Below are positions 1 to 11,929 of a stretch of 64,000 nucleotides of DNA, in pieces; within the stretch, counting starts at the first letter, position 1; every line of letters begins with the position of its first letter. The translations under genes were made by a program, and so were the position numbers. A model generated the notes under the pieces. That model was not told where the DNA came from. It did no database searches and saw nothing but the letters and a program-made list of their open reading frames with translations. Source of the DNA: Octopus sinensis (Eukaryota); NCBI RefSeq assembly GCF_006345805.1, contig NC_043006.1:62868001-62932000 (forward strand). Direction: 5' to 3'.

Positions 1-521
1 ACAAGTAAATGATGAAAGCTAAAAGAAATGTATTGATTTTTTCGTTTCGGGCTGATTTCTGTTTTCACTTTGAACAGCAAATTGTCTGCTGTAAATCACT
101 TGCTTTGAATATCAGAAGCGAAACACAATTTTAAGTCTGAAAATATAGAGTAATGGTCGTTTTTCCTTCTTTTTTCTTCTGTTTCTTTTTAATATTTGTT
201 TTGTTTATTTATTTTAGATCCTTTTTACAACAATTATAGATCGAGATTAAATCAAAGATTCATTCAGTCTGAAATCTATGATTTTCTTTTTCGTTTCTTT
301 TGTTTTGCTTTTTAGAAACTTCTTCAAGTTTTCATTGTTACAATAAATATAATCTTAATACCATATGGCTGAACAATCATTTTATTTGTACTCTTTTTAG
401 AAGTATATTTGCAATTGGCGTTCGCTTAAACAAACATTTTATATTTGATGAAAAAAAAACACACACACACACACACATGAACACAGATACAAACACACTC
501 ACACATAGACGCACACGTACA

Positions 522-745
522 AATACTATAGCCACGTCCCGACAAAACCTAATCAATAGGTTTGGTAGACGGAAACTGTTGTTTTTTTACGTCCCCATAA
601 AGTATGGTTGACAAAAACAAAGTGATAGAATAAGTACCAAGCTTAACAAAAATAAATAGTGGGGTCACTTTGTTCGACTAAAACCTTCAAGGGGTCACCA
701 CAGAATGGCCTCAGTCTAATGACAGAATCAAATAAAGGATAAAAT
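522..745 (+). mobile_element. tRNA-derived SINE, internal/3' portion (octopus-type)
   Basis: Contains tttggtagacggaaactg and the tail agaataagtaccaagctt...ggggtcactttgttcgactaaa, also seen at 11281, 15530, 40601 and 50705. Confidence 0.7.
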
Positions 746-935
746 ATCTCTATGACTAAGATCACTAGTTTTTCGTACAATTCGCAGCGGTTTGAATTAT
801 GGGGTATTCGTTTAATGATGTAGTTATAATATACCAAAACCGGAGCGCATTCACCACTTCTCCTTTTATCAAGTAAATTTAATTGATTTACAAAAGCTTT
901 GGAATGCACTCCATAGAAATACTGTTGCATGTGAT

Positions 936-985
936 GTGTTTGTGAGAGTATGCTTGTATATATGTGTATTATGTATGTATGTTTG

Positions 986-1033
<48 letters not shown>

Positions 1034-1075
1034 TGTATTTATTTATGTTTGTAGGTTTGTATGTATATGTATATG

Positions 1076-1127
<52 letters not shown>
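936..1127. repeat. Compound (TATG)n/(TA)n/(TG)n microsatellite, representative of dozens in the window
   Basis: Read directly from the sequence. Confidence 0.95.
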
Positions 1128-1128
<1 letters not shown>

Positions 1129-1396
1129 TTGTGAATGGTCACTTTGGTTTCGTCAGTGAGTAGTACTGACCCAGGACCAAAACCATGCCCGCTACGACCC
1201 GCTTTGTGCGATAATCATTTTTAATGCCGCAGCAAATTTTCAAAGATGCCAAAGTGAATAATTTTTTTTTAATATATAAGGATATCATTCTTAATGATTT
1301 ACAATAATATCGGTGGCTAGTATTGTGTAAAAGAGCCATAAAGGTAAAATTATTAAATAATAATGAAAGGTAATACTTGTAACCCTAGGTCATTAT

Positions 1397-1454
1397 TACT
1401 CACTGACGAGAACAAAGTGATCATTTACCAAGTTCGAAATCACCGATATGGGTA
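1397..1454 (+). ncRNA. Type I hammerhead ribozyme, canonical core, in a PLE pseudo-LTR-like repeat
   Basis: Stem I tactca/tgggta (6 bp, one GU); core CTGACGA 1403-1409; stem II gaac/gttc; GAAA 1436-1439; stem III atc/gat with ACC loop; AUA cleavage triplet 1446-1448. Confidence 0.8.
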
Positions 1455-1647
1455 TGTCTGATCTTCATTCTTTTCGATCCTTTTCGTCTATGGTACAGGG
1501 TCTTAAAATTTTACTTCTTATTCCCTCGATTTCTCACTTGTGTACAAGTAAAAACTGTGTTTTCCAGTCGTTTTGAATGTTATTTTTAGCATGATGGTGT
1601 TACATGTAGTACATTTCATTATTAATTAATTAACAAAATTAACGAGA

Positions 1648-1748
1648 CTATAGTAGAAGATATTTGCGCAAGGGGCCTCGCAGTGGGATTGAACCCGGAA
1701 CCATGTAGTCGTTAAGCAAGCTACTTACCACACAGCCATTTCTACGCC

Positions 1749-1750
<2 letters not shown>
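1648..1750 (-). mobile_element. tRNA-derived SINE head
   Basis: Reverse complement reads ggcgtagaaatggctgtgtggtaag...ggttccgggttcaatccc (A-box/B-box-like); same family as 11281, 40601, 50705. Confidence 0.8.
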
Positions 1751-1780
<30 letters not shown>

Positions 1781-1914
1781 TATTTATATATATAATATAT
1801 ATATATATTTATATATATATATATATATATATGCATGTATATACAAATATATGTATGATCATATATATGTGTATGTATGCAAATATATTTATATATAATT
1901 TATATCATTATATG

Positions 1915-2600
1915 ACTGAACGCATCCATTTCTAAGTAAGTTTTATCTTAATAATATCGATTCGATACTCTTTCTATCCTCTTTCTTCCCCTCTTTCGTT
2001 TCCTCTCTCTTCCTTTCTCTATTCTCTTTATCTACTCTTCTCTCCTTTATGATTTCCACTCTCATCTTTTCTTTTCTTCTCCCTTTCGCCGTTCTCTGTT
2101 TGTCCCTCTCTTTCCTTACTCTTCCGTCTTTGCTCTCTCGTGGCTCACACGTGACCGTCGGCCATCTTTCTTCTCGTAACTAGAATTTTCTGCTTTCTCT
2201 CTGATCAGTCGCAGGGATTGGATGCATTCTTATCTGTCTCCTGTCAGAGCTTGTTTCTCCACGTTCACCAACTCAACTCGTCGAGGTTTATCAGTCCTTT
2301 CTGTCTGTTTCAACTGTCTTGTTTTTGTTACCAACTTTGGCACTCCGCAAAATTTCAAATTTTATTTAATTTGCTTTGCGGGAGCAACTGTTATGTCGAA
2401 AACGTAAATTGCAGTTAAATGCTCGAAATACGAAGTAGAACAGCTAACAACTGATGAAAGGTCATTTTTTCGTATTGCTTGTCTTGTTTTCCGTTTGTCT
2501 CTTTCGTTGTTCGCCAAAAAATGTTTGTATTCCATGTTGTATTTGCTGTTTCTCTATCGTATGTTGTTTACGTTCCGCGGTGTCCTGTATCCATATATTC
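1915..2600 (+). mobile_element. Possible PLE pseudo-LTR-like repeat with decayed HHR core
   Basis: Pyrimidine tract followed by CTGATGA at 2451-2457 without an intact GAAA partner; layout resembles other PLE 3' regions here. Confidence 0.3.
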
Positions 2601-2669
2601 ATGTATATACAAATATATATAAGTACATATATATATATATATTTGTATGTATGAATATATATTTGTATG

Positions 2670-2721
<52 letters not shown>

Positions 2722-2739
2722 CACGCGCACGTGCAGTCA

Positions 2740-5270
2740 CGTACCCCTTTCTGCAAATGATTTTGCTGTATCTTCCATCATCCCAAGTTCCTGTGAGATT
2801 GATATAGAAGTTGTAAGTTTTAAGAGCTTTCTAAATGGTAAATCTTTTTCTGTTTATCGTAAAATAAATATAGCGTGTCAATTTTCCGTTTTGGTTAATA
2901 CATTTTAAATCATGACAACCATTTTTTTGTATTGTCTTGTCTCACTAATTCGTTTATCTGTCAGTTTTTCTGACATAGCTGCTGCTACTACTGCTAATGT
3001 GATAATTCTAGTCACTTAAGTTCTATTAGTTTAAAATGTCTTCTGTGTTATCATTTATTTTTACTAGTTATTTTCTTCTCAATATCAATCAATTTTTCAT
3101 TGTTCCCTTCTCTTGATTTCTTTTTATACTCCAAGTATTTAGCTAATTATATACCGTGCTATTGTGTTTTTGTCATTTACAGCTGGTATTTATAGTTTTA
3201 TACGCACATATTTTTTTCACCTATATTCACTGATATCTTCTTGTCAAAATATTGTTTGTAAGAATATTGTGATTTGTTATGTAACTAGCCATCATATGTA
3301 GGAGATGAAAGAACTAGTTATTATTTCCGTAAGTTATTAAGATTCATCGTACATATCGTTGAGATCTCATACCAATTTCAACAGCATTATCTTGTGATTT
3401 GGTGTCAATTACCATCAAAGATATTTGCTTCAATCCGTCACAACTTAGATGTGTTTTATCATGCTCCTCCGGGAATCTCTCTCAGGCATTTTCTTTGGTA
3501 GGTCTTCAATTTCGTAAGTGTTTCTGCCAATAAAATCAATGCGTTGGCGGTTTCTTTGTCCCTTTTAAGGCTTTTAATGTAGGGCTGTTTCCAACGTATA
3601 GAGCTTTTTCTTCAGCCATGTGTAAATAGTCTGCATAGTCACCCCCAAAATTGAACAGCAATTGTTGAAATTGGCTAATTATTCCATAAACATCCTAGGT
3701 CTTGTGCTCACATGAATAGCCTGGAGACATTTGACTTGAATATATGAGTCAATGACGTTTGAAAAGCATGGTCAGTAGGTTACTATCCAATATTGTCTTA
3801 ACTAAGACTATCCAATATGTCTTAACATTATTACTATTTTTAAATTTTTTCTTCTCCAGTATAAAGAATACACATCATCATAATATAAGAAATTATTTTT
3901 ATTATACTATGATTTACAGTTTTTCATGCAAGGACTACTTGCGTTTAGAGTCGCATCTACCTCTGCAAGAACTACATCCGGCATTCTTAAAATCCTGTCC
4001 AAACTTAAGTTTTCCAACGGAAGCAGATCAGCCTACAAGAAGCATAGATAAGGCAACAACAGCGTGCTGAGTTTTCATCAGGTAATAGAATGAGAAATGG
4101 TTGAAATGAATATATGAGCTATTGTTGTTTTGATGAAATTTAAAGAGTTTTATCTTTTATAGGTATGATTTAATCTATTACATGAGAATACATGAGAGTG
4201 TATGTACGATGAAGGCCCCTTTTCTACCACTATTGTGCATATGCCACATCTTTCAATTCTGAAGATGTTATATAACTTATGGAACACATCATGTTGATGA
4301 GCTTTTGTCGTAATTAAGACGTTCTTCAGATTCGCTCATCTATTTACATAGAAAATTTCGATACCGGCTCGGAATTTTACATTTACAGACAACAAAGTAT
4401 GCTACGCAGGTTTTTACGCATAATAATTCATGGCTTGTATAAACTATTTCTCCCAGTTTGAACAATATCAACATATATTCAGCAAATATACAGCTGATAT
4501 GCCAAGAGACCTTCTTAGAATCCGTAAAATTACAACGGAATTCTTCCTGCACATTCCTATGCAGAAAATGGGCAAAATCCTTGGCAGATCATTTACTTAG
4601 GGTTCCAGTGATCCATTTTCATGGTAGATCATGGTAGATGTTCACTTTGAATGTAAGAACGAATCCAAAATTTGTTATGTTTGTACCGTAAGATGTCATC
4701 TGAAATAATGAATTATAGGATCTCAACAGCTTCAGAAAACATTTGGAATTTAACGTGGGTTAGTTAATAAAGTTTTGGCACAACACATCCTGGTGTTTTT
4801 CTTTCTATTTCCCAGGATTAGCATACTTCTGACATGTAGCCTAATTGCCACAGCTTTAGTTTGGAATGTGGTTTGTTGTTAAACAACAGATTCTTGCCTC
4901 CTGATAATGGAATATTTCATAACTTTAGAACTGTGGTGAACTGTGGCGTCCTTGATGTTATCTTTAACTTTCGTTCTGCCTGTTCTTCGTTTCTGTACAA
5001 ACCAGTATGATATATCGAGTGTGATATTGCCCCGCTGTTTCTCTAGCTCCCCTATCATCTTTTCTCACATATAAGTATCTGGGAGCATCACAACTGAAGC
5101 CGGGATAAATGTTCATAAGTGCGCCCTTCTTTCTACTTACTGACTCCCTTATCGTGGAGAGAGTTTCTACTAATATTACCTCTCGTTTGTATCCCATCTT
5201 GAATATTGATCTTATTTGTCGCTCAATTGACTCTCCGAGTGACACACCTAGAACTACATACATATTGTAA
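2740..5270 (-). mobile_element. Highly decayed Penelope-like element (possible partial tandem)
   Basis: Minus-strand frames with many stops give R*ANLKNVLITTKA...RCGICTIV...FSCN (PLE linker/CCHH-like) near 4150-4350, and weak RT-like segments at 4600-4900 and 2760-3450. Confidence 0.4.
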
Positions 5271-5998
5271 TGGTAAATGTTGCAAACAATTATCTTCTAA
5301 ATACTAACAATCAATGAGAAGACGGAAAGAAATATTTTTTCTTTGTATTAATGTTAAGGATAGAATTTCTAACAGGAAGTGAAAGGCAGGTTTTATTAAG
5401 TTTCAACTGAAATGAAATGGAACTTTTCCATTAAAAAAGTTCTCACTTTTTTTAATGCCTAAAATATTACCAAATGTTTGAAACAGAAGAGTGAGGAAAT
5501 GATACAAATATAAGTTATGTTTTAAATAGAAGCTAAAAATGAATGAAAACAAAAATGTTTTCATAATATTCACATTTAACTAAAAAAAATGAAACATTAA
5601 GTTATTGACAGAAAATTGCAGTATTAAATGAAAGCAAGTTTTCGGAATTGTCTCACTGAGCAGAGAATAGTAACGTTTAAATTAAAATTATCCCCAATTT
5701 TATGCATAAAAAACAACTATTTCAAATAAATGGCAATCAAGTGTCACTTGTAGTAAATATATATTAAATATGGAAGAAATGTGAGGGAATAAAAACATCA
5801 CTTCAGCGATAGAATTGAGCAATTTATTAAATATTTATGTGTGTTGTGAATATAATTAGTTTTAAATGCAAAACAGTGGGTAAAATTTTGTTTTTTTTTT
5901 GTTTTTTTGCTTTTTTAGTATTTGCAACAGCATATTAAGTTACCGAAGATGTGATTAAATGATAAATTTTAATAACTACATTGTCCTAATACACACAT

Positions 5999-6031
<33 letters not shown>

Positions 6032-6214
6032 CAGAGAACGATTGTCAGAAAGACAGATAGACAGACTATCAGATGGTTGTTACACATCGTTTGAAACAAT
6101 ACACTTTGCCTTACTTTCAACGTGAAGTGAAATGTTTTTCTCAAACATTAAAACGCACAGCCCGGCAGCTTAACTACTGTATAAGTTTATATATAAATAT
6201 ATATATATATACAC

Positions 6215-6246
<32 letters not shown>

Positions 6247-6256
6247 TATATATATA

Positions 6257-6555
6257 TCACCGTGATCACCGTGATCACCGTGTCCGACCAGGCTATCAGA
6301 TGTTGCTACACATTGCTGGTCACAATGCGCTGCGCATTGTCTTAGCCTTCAAATGACGCCACCCCGCTGGCTAAGCGAGCAGGCCAACAGAAGAAAGAGT
6401 GAGAGAAAGTCGTGGCGAAAGAGTACAGGAGGGATCGCCACGCCCCCCTGCCGGAGCTCATGGAGCTTTAGGTATTTTCGCTCAATAAACACTCACAACG
6501 CCCGGTCCTACAACTGCGAGTCCGCTGCCCTAACCACTGGGCAATTGCGCCTCCA
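6257..6555 (-). mobile_element. Near full-length tRNA-derived SINE with (CACGGTGAT)n tail
   Basis: Reverse complement starts tggaggcgcaattgcccagtggttagggcag; head shared with 39847; 9-nt tandem tail. Confidence 0.85.
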
Positions 6556-6677
6556 CGTATATATATATATATATTTTTATATATATATATATATATTGTA
6601 TATGCCTCCCTTATGCTTAAAGTTTACTGTGCTTCCAATATATATTATTCTCTTACCTCCTTGAGCCTCAACTCTAC

Positions 6678-7058
6678 ATTTATAAACTACATTTTCCTGG
6701 CGACAATTTTCCAATATATATTGGAAGCACAGTAGGCTTTAAGCAGAGGTATCGATCCCACCTGAGCCCTTTCAACAATCCTAAATATAGGACCTCTACA
6801 ACATTGGCATTACATGTTAATGACCTTAAGGAAAGGAATGTTGAATTCAGAATATCATGGGCTATCCTTGCGCATGCTTCCCGTTATAGAATTGGGTCTA
6901 CTAGATGCGTTTTATGTATAAAGTAGGCATATACTATATTGAAAAATTACAACAACGCAGTGTTAAATAAGTTCACTGATGCAATACGGGCGTGTACGCA
7001 TAAGATCCACTCGACTTTTCGTAGGAAATTTAGAAATAGAAATAGCAATAAAAGTTAG
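6678..7058 (+). pseudogene. GIY-YIG endonuclease domain of a PLE, one internal TAG
   Basis: IYKLHFPGDNFPIYIGSTVGFKQRYRSHLSPF...ISWAIL...RCVLCIK*AYTIL...VLNK...ACTH; stop at 6924. Confidence 0.85.
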
Positions 7059-7247
7059 AGCCAAGCAATAACAATTGAGTTAATTTAGTAAGTATAGTGA
7101 GTGGTAAACGAGATATAACTAAAGTAATGTAATTATTTAAAAAATAGCTAGGAAATTTAGAAATAGAAATAGCAATAAAAGTTTGAGCTAAGAAATAACA
7201 AGTGAATTAAGTTTAGTAAGTAGCGACACCTGCTGGTTCTGGCTACG

Positions 7248-7288
7248 CTGCATTGATAAAGGGTAACAACCCTGAAACATGTCTGCAG
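7248..7288 (+). ncRNA. Minimal type I hammerhead ribozyme, U3-A8 core variant
   Basis: ctgca-TTGATAA-agggt(aaca)accct-GAAA-CATG-TC-tgcag: 5-bp stems I and II, palindromic stem III, GUC site at 7281-7283. Confidence 0.75.
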
Positions 7289-7607
7289 ATGTCTGACTAG
7301 CAAGGTGAAGCGACTGACCTCCCCTGTTCGAAGGTTGTAATGGACGCAGGTTCGTGTGTCAAATAGCTAGCTAGAGGCGATGGCCTCTTGGAGCTATTCA
7401 GCGACAGCTTTAGTCTTATTTATAGACTGCCATATTAGTATGGCGATAAATATTAATACCCAGTAACGCTGCCGTAATCTCCTTTAGAGAGACTTAGTAA
7501 TTTTAATATTTCTATTATTGAAAACAAGTGAATGTATTCCACTGTAACTAGGTATATAAAATCTTCGAACAGACGGTCAGTAACGACACCTGCTGGTTCT
7601 GGCTACA

Positions 7608-7648
7608 CTGCATTGATAAAGGGCAACAACCGTGAAACATGTCTGCAG
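7608..7648 (+). ncRNA. Second HHR copy (U3-A8) with weakened stem II
   Basis: Same motif, but stem II reads agggc/accgt (two mismatches). Confidence 0.55.
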
Positions 7649-7805
7649 ATGTCTGACTAGCAAGGTGAAGCGGCTGACCTCCCCTGTTCGAAGGTTGTAA
7701 TGGACGCAGGTTCGTGTGTCAAATAGCTAGCTAGAGGCGATGGCCTCTTGGAGCTAATCAGCGACAGCTTTAGTCTTATTTATAGACTGCCATATTATTG
7801 TGGCG

Positions 7806-7845
<40 letters not shown>

Positions 7846-7973
7846 CGGGAAGTTTTATGAAAATAGACAAAAGACGAAGGCAGGTTTACAGAAATAAACA
7901 AAAGACGAAGGCAGGTGGAATACAAACAAACAATTGTATTAGTATGGCGCTCAGGAAATATAAATGAAACAAG

Positions 7974-8011
7974 TCTTTAACGTTTCGAGCCTACGCTCTT
8001 CAACAGAAAGA
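7974..8011 (-). ncRNA. Minimal HHR-like motif, A6U core variant
   Basis: Reverse complement: tcttt-CTGTTGA-a-gagc(gtag)gctc-GAAA-CG-TT-aaaga. Confidence 0.55.
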
Positions 8012-8309
8012 TACACAGAGAAAAAATCACAGAAAGAAGGAGAGAAAAAAAATATGCGTGCAAAAGCTAGCGAATCAACATGGCGATCTGATTTCGGCCA
8101 GAGGTCAAAGATCAAACATGAGACGCAAGAGCGAAATTAGGGGAGATAATAGGGTTGAATGACCCCGCTCAAATATAAGAGTGTGTGTGTGTGTGTGTGT
8201 GTGTATGAGAAGAGTGTGTGTGTGTATGAGAGAGTATTAGTGCGTATGAGAGGTCTAGACGTGTGTATGTATATATGATGTGATGTGTAAAGTCGTATGG
8301 TGTAGTGTA

Positions 8310-8680
8310 GAGAGAGGAAAAGATGGGGAGGGGGAGGGGGAGAAAGAAAGGGGAGGAGAGGGGAGAAGGAAAGGAGAAGAGGAGGGAGAATAGGAGGGGG
8401 AAGGGGTGGGGTAAGAATGAAGGAGAGGAGAAGAGAAGGGGGAGAAGGAAGGAGAGGAGAAGAGGAGGGGAGAGGAGGTGGGAGGATAGAGGGAGGGGGA
8501 GGGAGAGAAGGGGAGTGAGGGAGCAGAGGAGGGGAAGAGGGAAGAAGGAGGGAGGGAGAAAGAGGGAAGAAGGGAAGAGGAGTAGGGGTGAAAGGATGAA
8601 GGACTGAAGAGAAGTAGGGGTCGGGGGAGGTTAGATGAGGAGGGGGGAGAGGGGGTAGATGAGGATGGGGGGAGAGTTGA
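8310..8680. repeat. Homopurine (G/A) low-complexity tract in the PLE 3' UTR
   Basis: Almost only G and A on the plus strand. Confidence 0.9.
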
Positions 8681-9336
8681 GACCAAATGGCGCATAAGAG
8701 CGAAGAGAGAAGATTAATTCCTGTTCACGGCACAAACGGGAATCCGGATGGCCTCTGTGTAAGGAGAAACCGAACACAGACAGGTGTTGCAAGGAGTGAC
8801 CGGTGGAGCGGAAATGGCGTGAGACCGGTGACCGGAGACAAGGTGGATGTCACGAAGGTGTTCCACGAACCGGTCAGCCAAGCGGCGTCCCGTTTGTCCG
8901 ATGTACAGGGAATGGCAGAGAGAGCAAGAGACGCAATAGATAATATTGCTGGAGGTGCAGGTGAAGGAGTTGATGATGCGAAAGGGTCAATGGTGGGTGC
9001 CAGTGAGGAGGGTGGTGTTGGAGAAGTAAGGGCAAGTGCGGCAACGTGGGCGGGAGCAGGGGAACGAGCCAGGTTGAGAGGTAGGGTCAGGGAAGGAGCT
9101 ATGATATATATATATATACTTTATTTAAAGCTACACTAAGGTGTAGTGTTTGTAATAGTCTGGATAGAATTGACATATCGGTTCCATTCTAGCAAAAACT
9201 GTCCGACGAACGGCAACGGGAAACTCAGAGTAACAGGTTTTGTTGAATTTTCTGCTGCTTTAAATAAGCATATACTCTACCACTGGTATTTGAGTACTCT
9301 TTTTTCCACATTGTTTCACATTTATGAGTTTACTCC

Positions 9337-9392
<56 letters not shown>

Positions 9393-9454
9393 CATGTATT
9401 TATGTATGTATGTATGTATTATGTATGTATGTACGTATGTATATTATATATGTA

Positions 9455-10135
9455 AGTTCCTTTTGTCTTTTTAATTTAGAGTACATTTTGAACGGTTACA
9501 TATTTGGATGCAAGGTTGAGAATACAAGTATCCTGTTTTGCTCATCATCCTTAATATATTAATACGGCCATGCAGATTTCTATAGTCCCAGGTATCACGA
9601 TCATTTCTGGTGTATGAATTAAGAATTTGCGTTGTCTCCTCAAGAACCCAAATATAGCCATAATTTTCTTAAAACGGGTTGGTATGCATCATGTTGCTCC
9701 AACAAGAATAGGAACGAAGCTGAAAGTTTATCGTCGCTACTAGATTTGCAAACTTCTTTTTAATGCTTCGTAAATATCGTCTTTCTCTTGTATTTTTCAA
9801 ACCACATTGGTATCCAGGGGTAGCTGAATTCCTACACACAAAACAATAGCTGGCCGCTTGTTTTTCTAACTTGGTGGTTGTTTTAATAATTAAGTTCCAA
9901 CATTCTTTTGACCCATTGGTTTCAATATATTCAACTTCGACTTAGGTGTTTTCTTTTCTGTCATCCTGTTCCAGATCATTCTGACTATTGCATCATCCAT
10001 TATGGGAAGATAATATCTGAAAGATATTCTCTCACAGTCTTCGGTTTTGGTCTTTTCACGTCTTATTTTTGTTGTCTGTCAAAATTTTCTGCTTCTTTAT
10101 GCAGTAGGTACTTAGTGGAAATCTCTTGCCCTTGA
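9455..10135 (-). mobile_element. RLE-type non-LTR retrotransposon 3' fragment (CRE-like, tentative)
   Basis: Frameshifted minus frames: RYYLP, KECWNLIIKTT, FSFVPILVGAT, GTIEIC. Confidence 0.6.
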
Positions 10136-10516
10136 ATTGCATAGTAGTAGCGTTCAAAGTGGGATGTATTAAACTTCTCAGCTCTCCATGCGAAGCGTTT
10201 CACATAAGCAATCCTTTCTATGCGAATCAGTAAGATATCCTTGAAACTTTATATGAATGACAAGGAGTTTAATGAAAGTATTAAAGGCTTCGCAGAGCAG
10301 CCGTTACCTTCGAATATACCTTTGCTATACTGTATTTTAGCAGTATTTAGTTCAAGATGGTGGGCTACGATGACAGCAGGTCAGTTATGGCTTTGACTAT
10401 GCTCTCTGGAGCCCGAAACACATCACAAAACACCCTCCATCCCAGCTGCTTGTACTACGGAAATGATTTTATTACTTTCCAAATGTTCTCGGAGGAAGAG
10501 TTTTAAACACGCTGTA

Positions 10517-10700
10517 TATATTAGGCTGGCAAGAAATTAATTTCGTTTTGCGCAAATAGAGTTATAATTTTTTTCTTATGAATTACGTCAATGATATTTT
10601 TTCCTTTTGACATTTGATAGCCGTTACGTTTAGCTTACTTTAGAAGCAAATTGCGCAATTTTGTTTACAGCTGTGAGTTCAGTGTCAATCTTAATATGGA
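10517..10700 (+). mobile_element. Possible mariner 5' end (TIR and leader)
   Basis: ta-ttaggctggcaagaaattaatttcgtttt resembles mariner TIRs; no transposase follows. Confidence 0.3.
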
Positions 10701-10980
10701 GTCATGTTTATTTTCATATCCATTTGCCTGAATACCTGTGCATATATATATATACATATATACACACACACATACATATACATGCATCTACATAACAATC
10801 CACTAATTATTCTACTAACTATTCTACCCACTAACTATCCTACCTGTATATAAATATACAGGTAGAATAGTTAATGGGCTGTTATGCAGATGTATGTATG
10901 TATGTATGTATGTATGTGTATATATGTATATGTATATTTATACGCAAACGCGCACACACACATACGCACTCACACACGCA

Positions 10981-11037
<57 letters not shown>

Positions 11038-11280
11038 CATACATACACACATAGATCTCGATGATCACGATAACCAAATTGATTTTTTCGCTTAAGGTAT
11101 TTCCATATTATTCAATAATTTCCATAAAAGAGAAAAAGATATTTTTCCGATTCGATTTTTAAAATGTCTTATATTACATACTGTTATAATTAATGAAGAA
11201 CATTTTCATGAACCAATGATTTCCATTGTTCATTCCAATAGACAATATGTCTGCAGGTTTCAATAAGCATATATAGTCTT

Positions 11281-11646
11281 AGAAGTGGTGGTGTGGTAAG
11301 AAGTTTGCTTCCCAACCACATGGTTCCAGGTTAGGTACCACCGCATCGCGCCTTCACCTAGTGTTTTCAACTATAGACTTGAGTGGATCTGGATGATGGA
11401 ATTTGAAAGAAACCCATCGTATGTATGTATATATATAGGGGGCGTGTGTCTTTGTGCCTGTGTTTGTCTCTACTCCCACCGCAAGACGGCCTGTGGGGCT
11501 TACGCACACCCCACCTCCCAATTAGTGGTTCGGCGAAAGACTTGATAAAGTGCTGGGGTCAGCTCATTCGACTAAAATTCTTCAGGGTGGTGCCCCAGTA
11601 CATCCGCTGTCTATTGACCGAAACAAGTAAAAAATAAAATATAAAA
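11281..11646 (+). mobile_element. Decayed full-length tRNA-derived SINE
   Basis: Head gtgtggtaagaagtttgcttcccaaccacatggttcc, central microsatellite, tail gaccgaaacaagtaaaa. Confidence 0.8.
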
Positions 11647-11880
11647 GATGTACGCATACATAATACATATCCGTTTGTGTGAATGCTGTTATGCTTATAT
11701 ATGCATAGATAAACGTGTATTATACGCACAAACATTTCGACAGAATAATGTATTGGATGTATAAATAATGTTAAATATTACAATAGCTGGTTTGATAGAT
11801 AAAAATCGATTAATCAATAGTGTAGTTTTACTTCTCTCTATTTCTATACCTCTTATTTATTACTATATCTGTATATATAT

Positions 11881-11929
<49 letters not shown>

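Larger units (their letters stand above)
6614..7813 (+). mobile_element. 5'-truncated Penelope-like element (C-terminal EN, Hydra-group-like) with 5' inversion and tandem pseudo-LTRs
   Basis: GIY-YIG frame 6678-7058; 33-bp inverted repeat 6614-6646/6713-6745; 235-bp direct repeats carrying HHRs. Confidence 0.85.
7219..7813 (+). repeat. Two ~235-bp direct repeats (7219-7453, 7579-7813), period 360 nt, about 96% identical by manual count
   Basis: Direct alignment, about 9 mismatches. Confidence 0.95.
7842..9101 (-). mobile_element. 5'-truncated Penelope-like element (Neptune-like): GIY-YIG, long pyrimidine 3' UTR and HHR-bearing pLTR
   Basis: Minus frame PGSFPCSRPRCRTC...FTCTSSNIIYCVSCSLCHSLYIGQTGRRLADRFVEH, then after a frameshift RHFRSTGH...REQELIFSLRSYAPFGLNS (8680-9100). 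Confidence 0.9.

Noticed and set aside
7219-7813. CRISPR-like or LTR-retrotransposon interpretation of the direct repeats
   Set aside because: Only two long units; no cas, gag, integrase, TG..CA termini or PBS; context is PLE
8255-8695. Ser/Pro-rich and Arg/Gly-rich ORFs
   Set aside because: They translate the purine tract and show no domain signal
8985-8995. In-frame TGA in a PLE endonuclease as selenocysteine (as in some Naiads)
   Set aside because: Single TGA at a non-Cys position, compatible with CGA-to-TGA decay; the element is also frameshifted
8687-9139. 150-aa plus-strand ORF
   Set aside because: It is the antisense shadow of the minus-strand GIY-YIG frame
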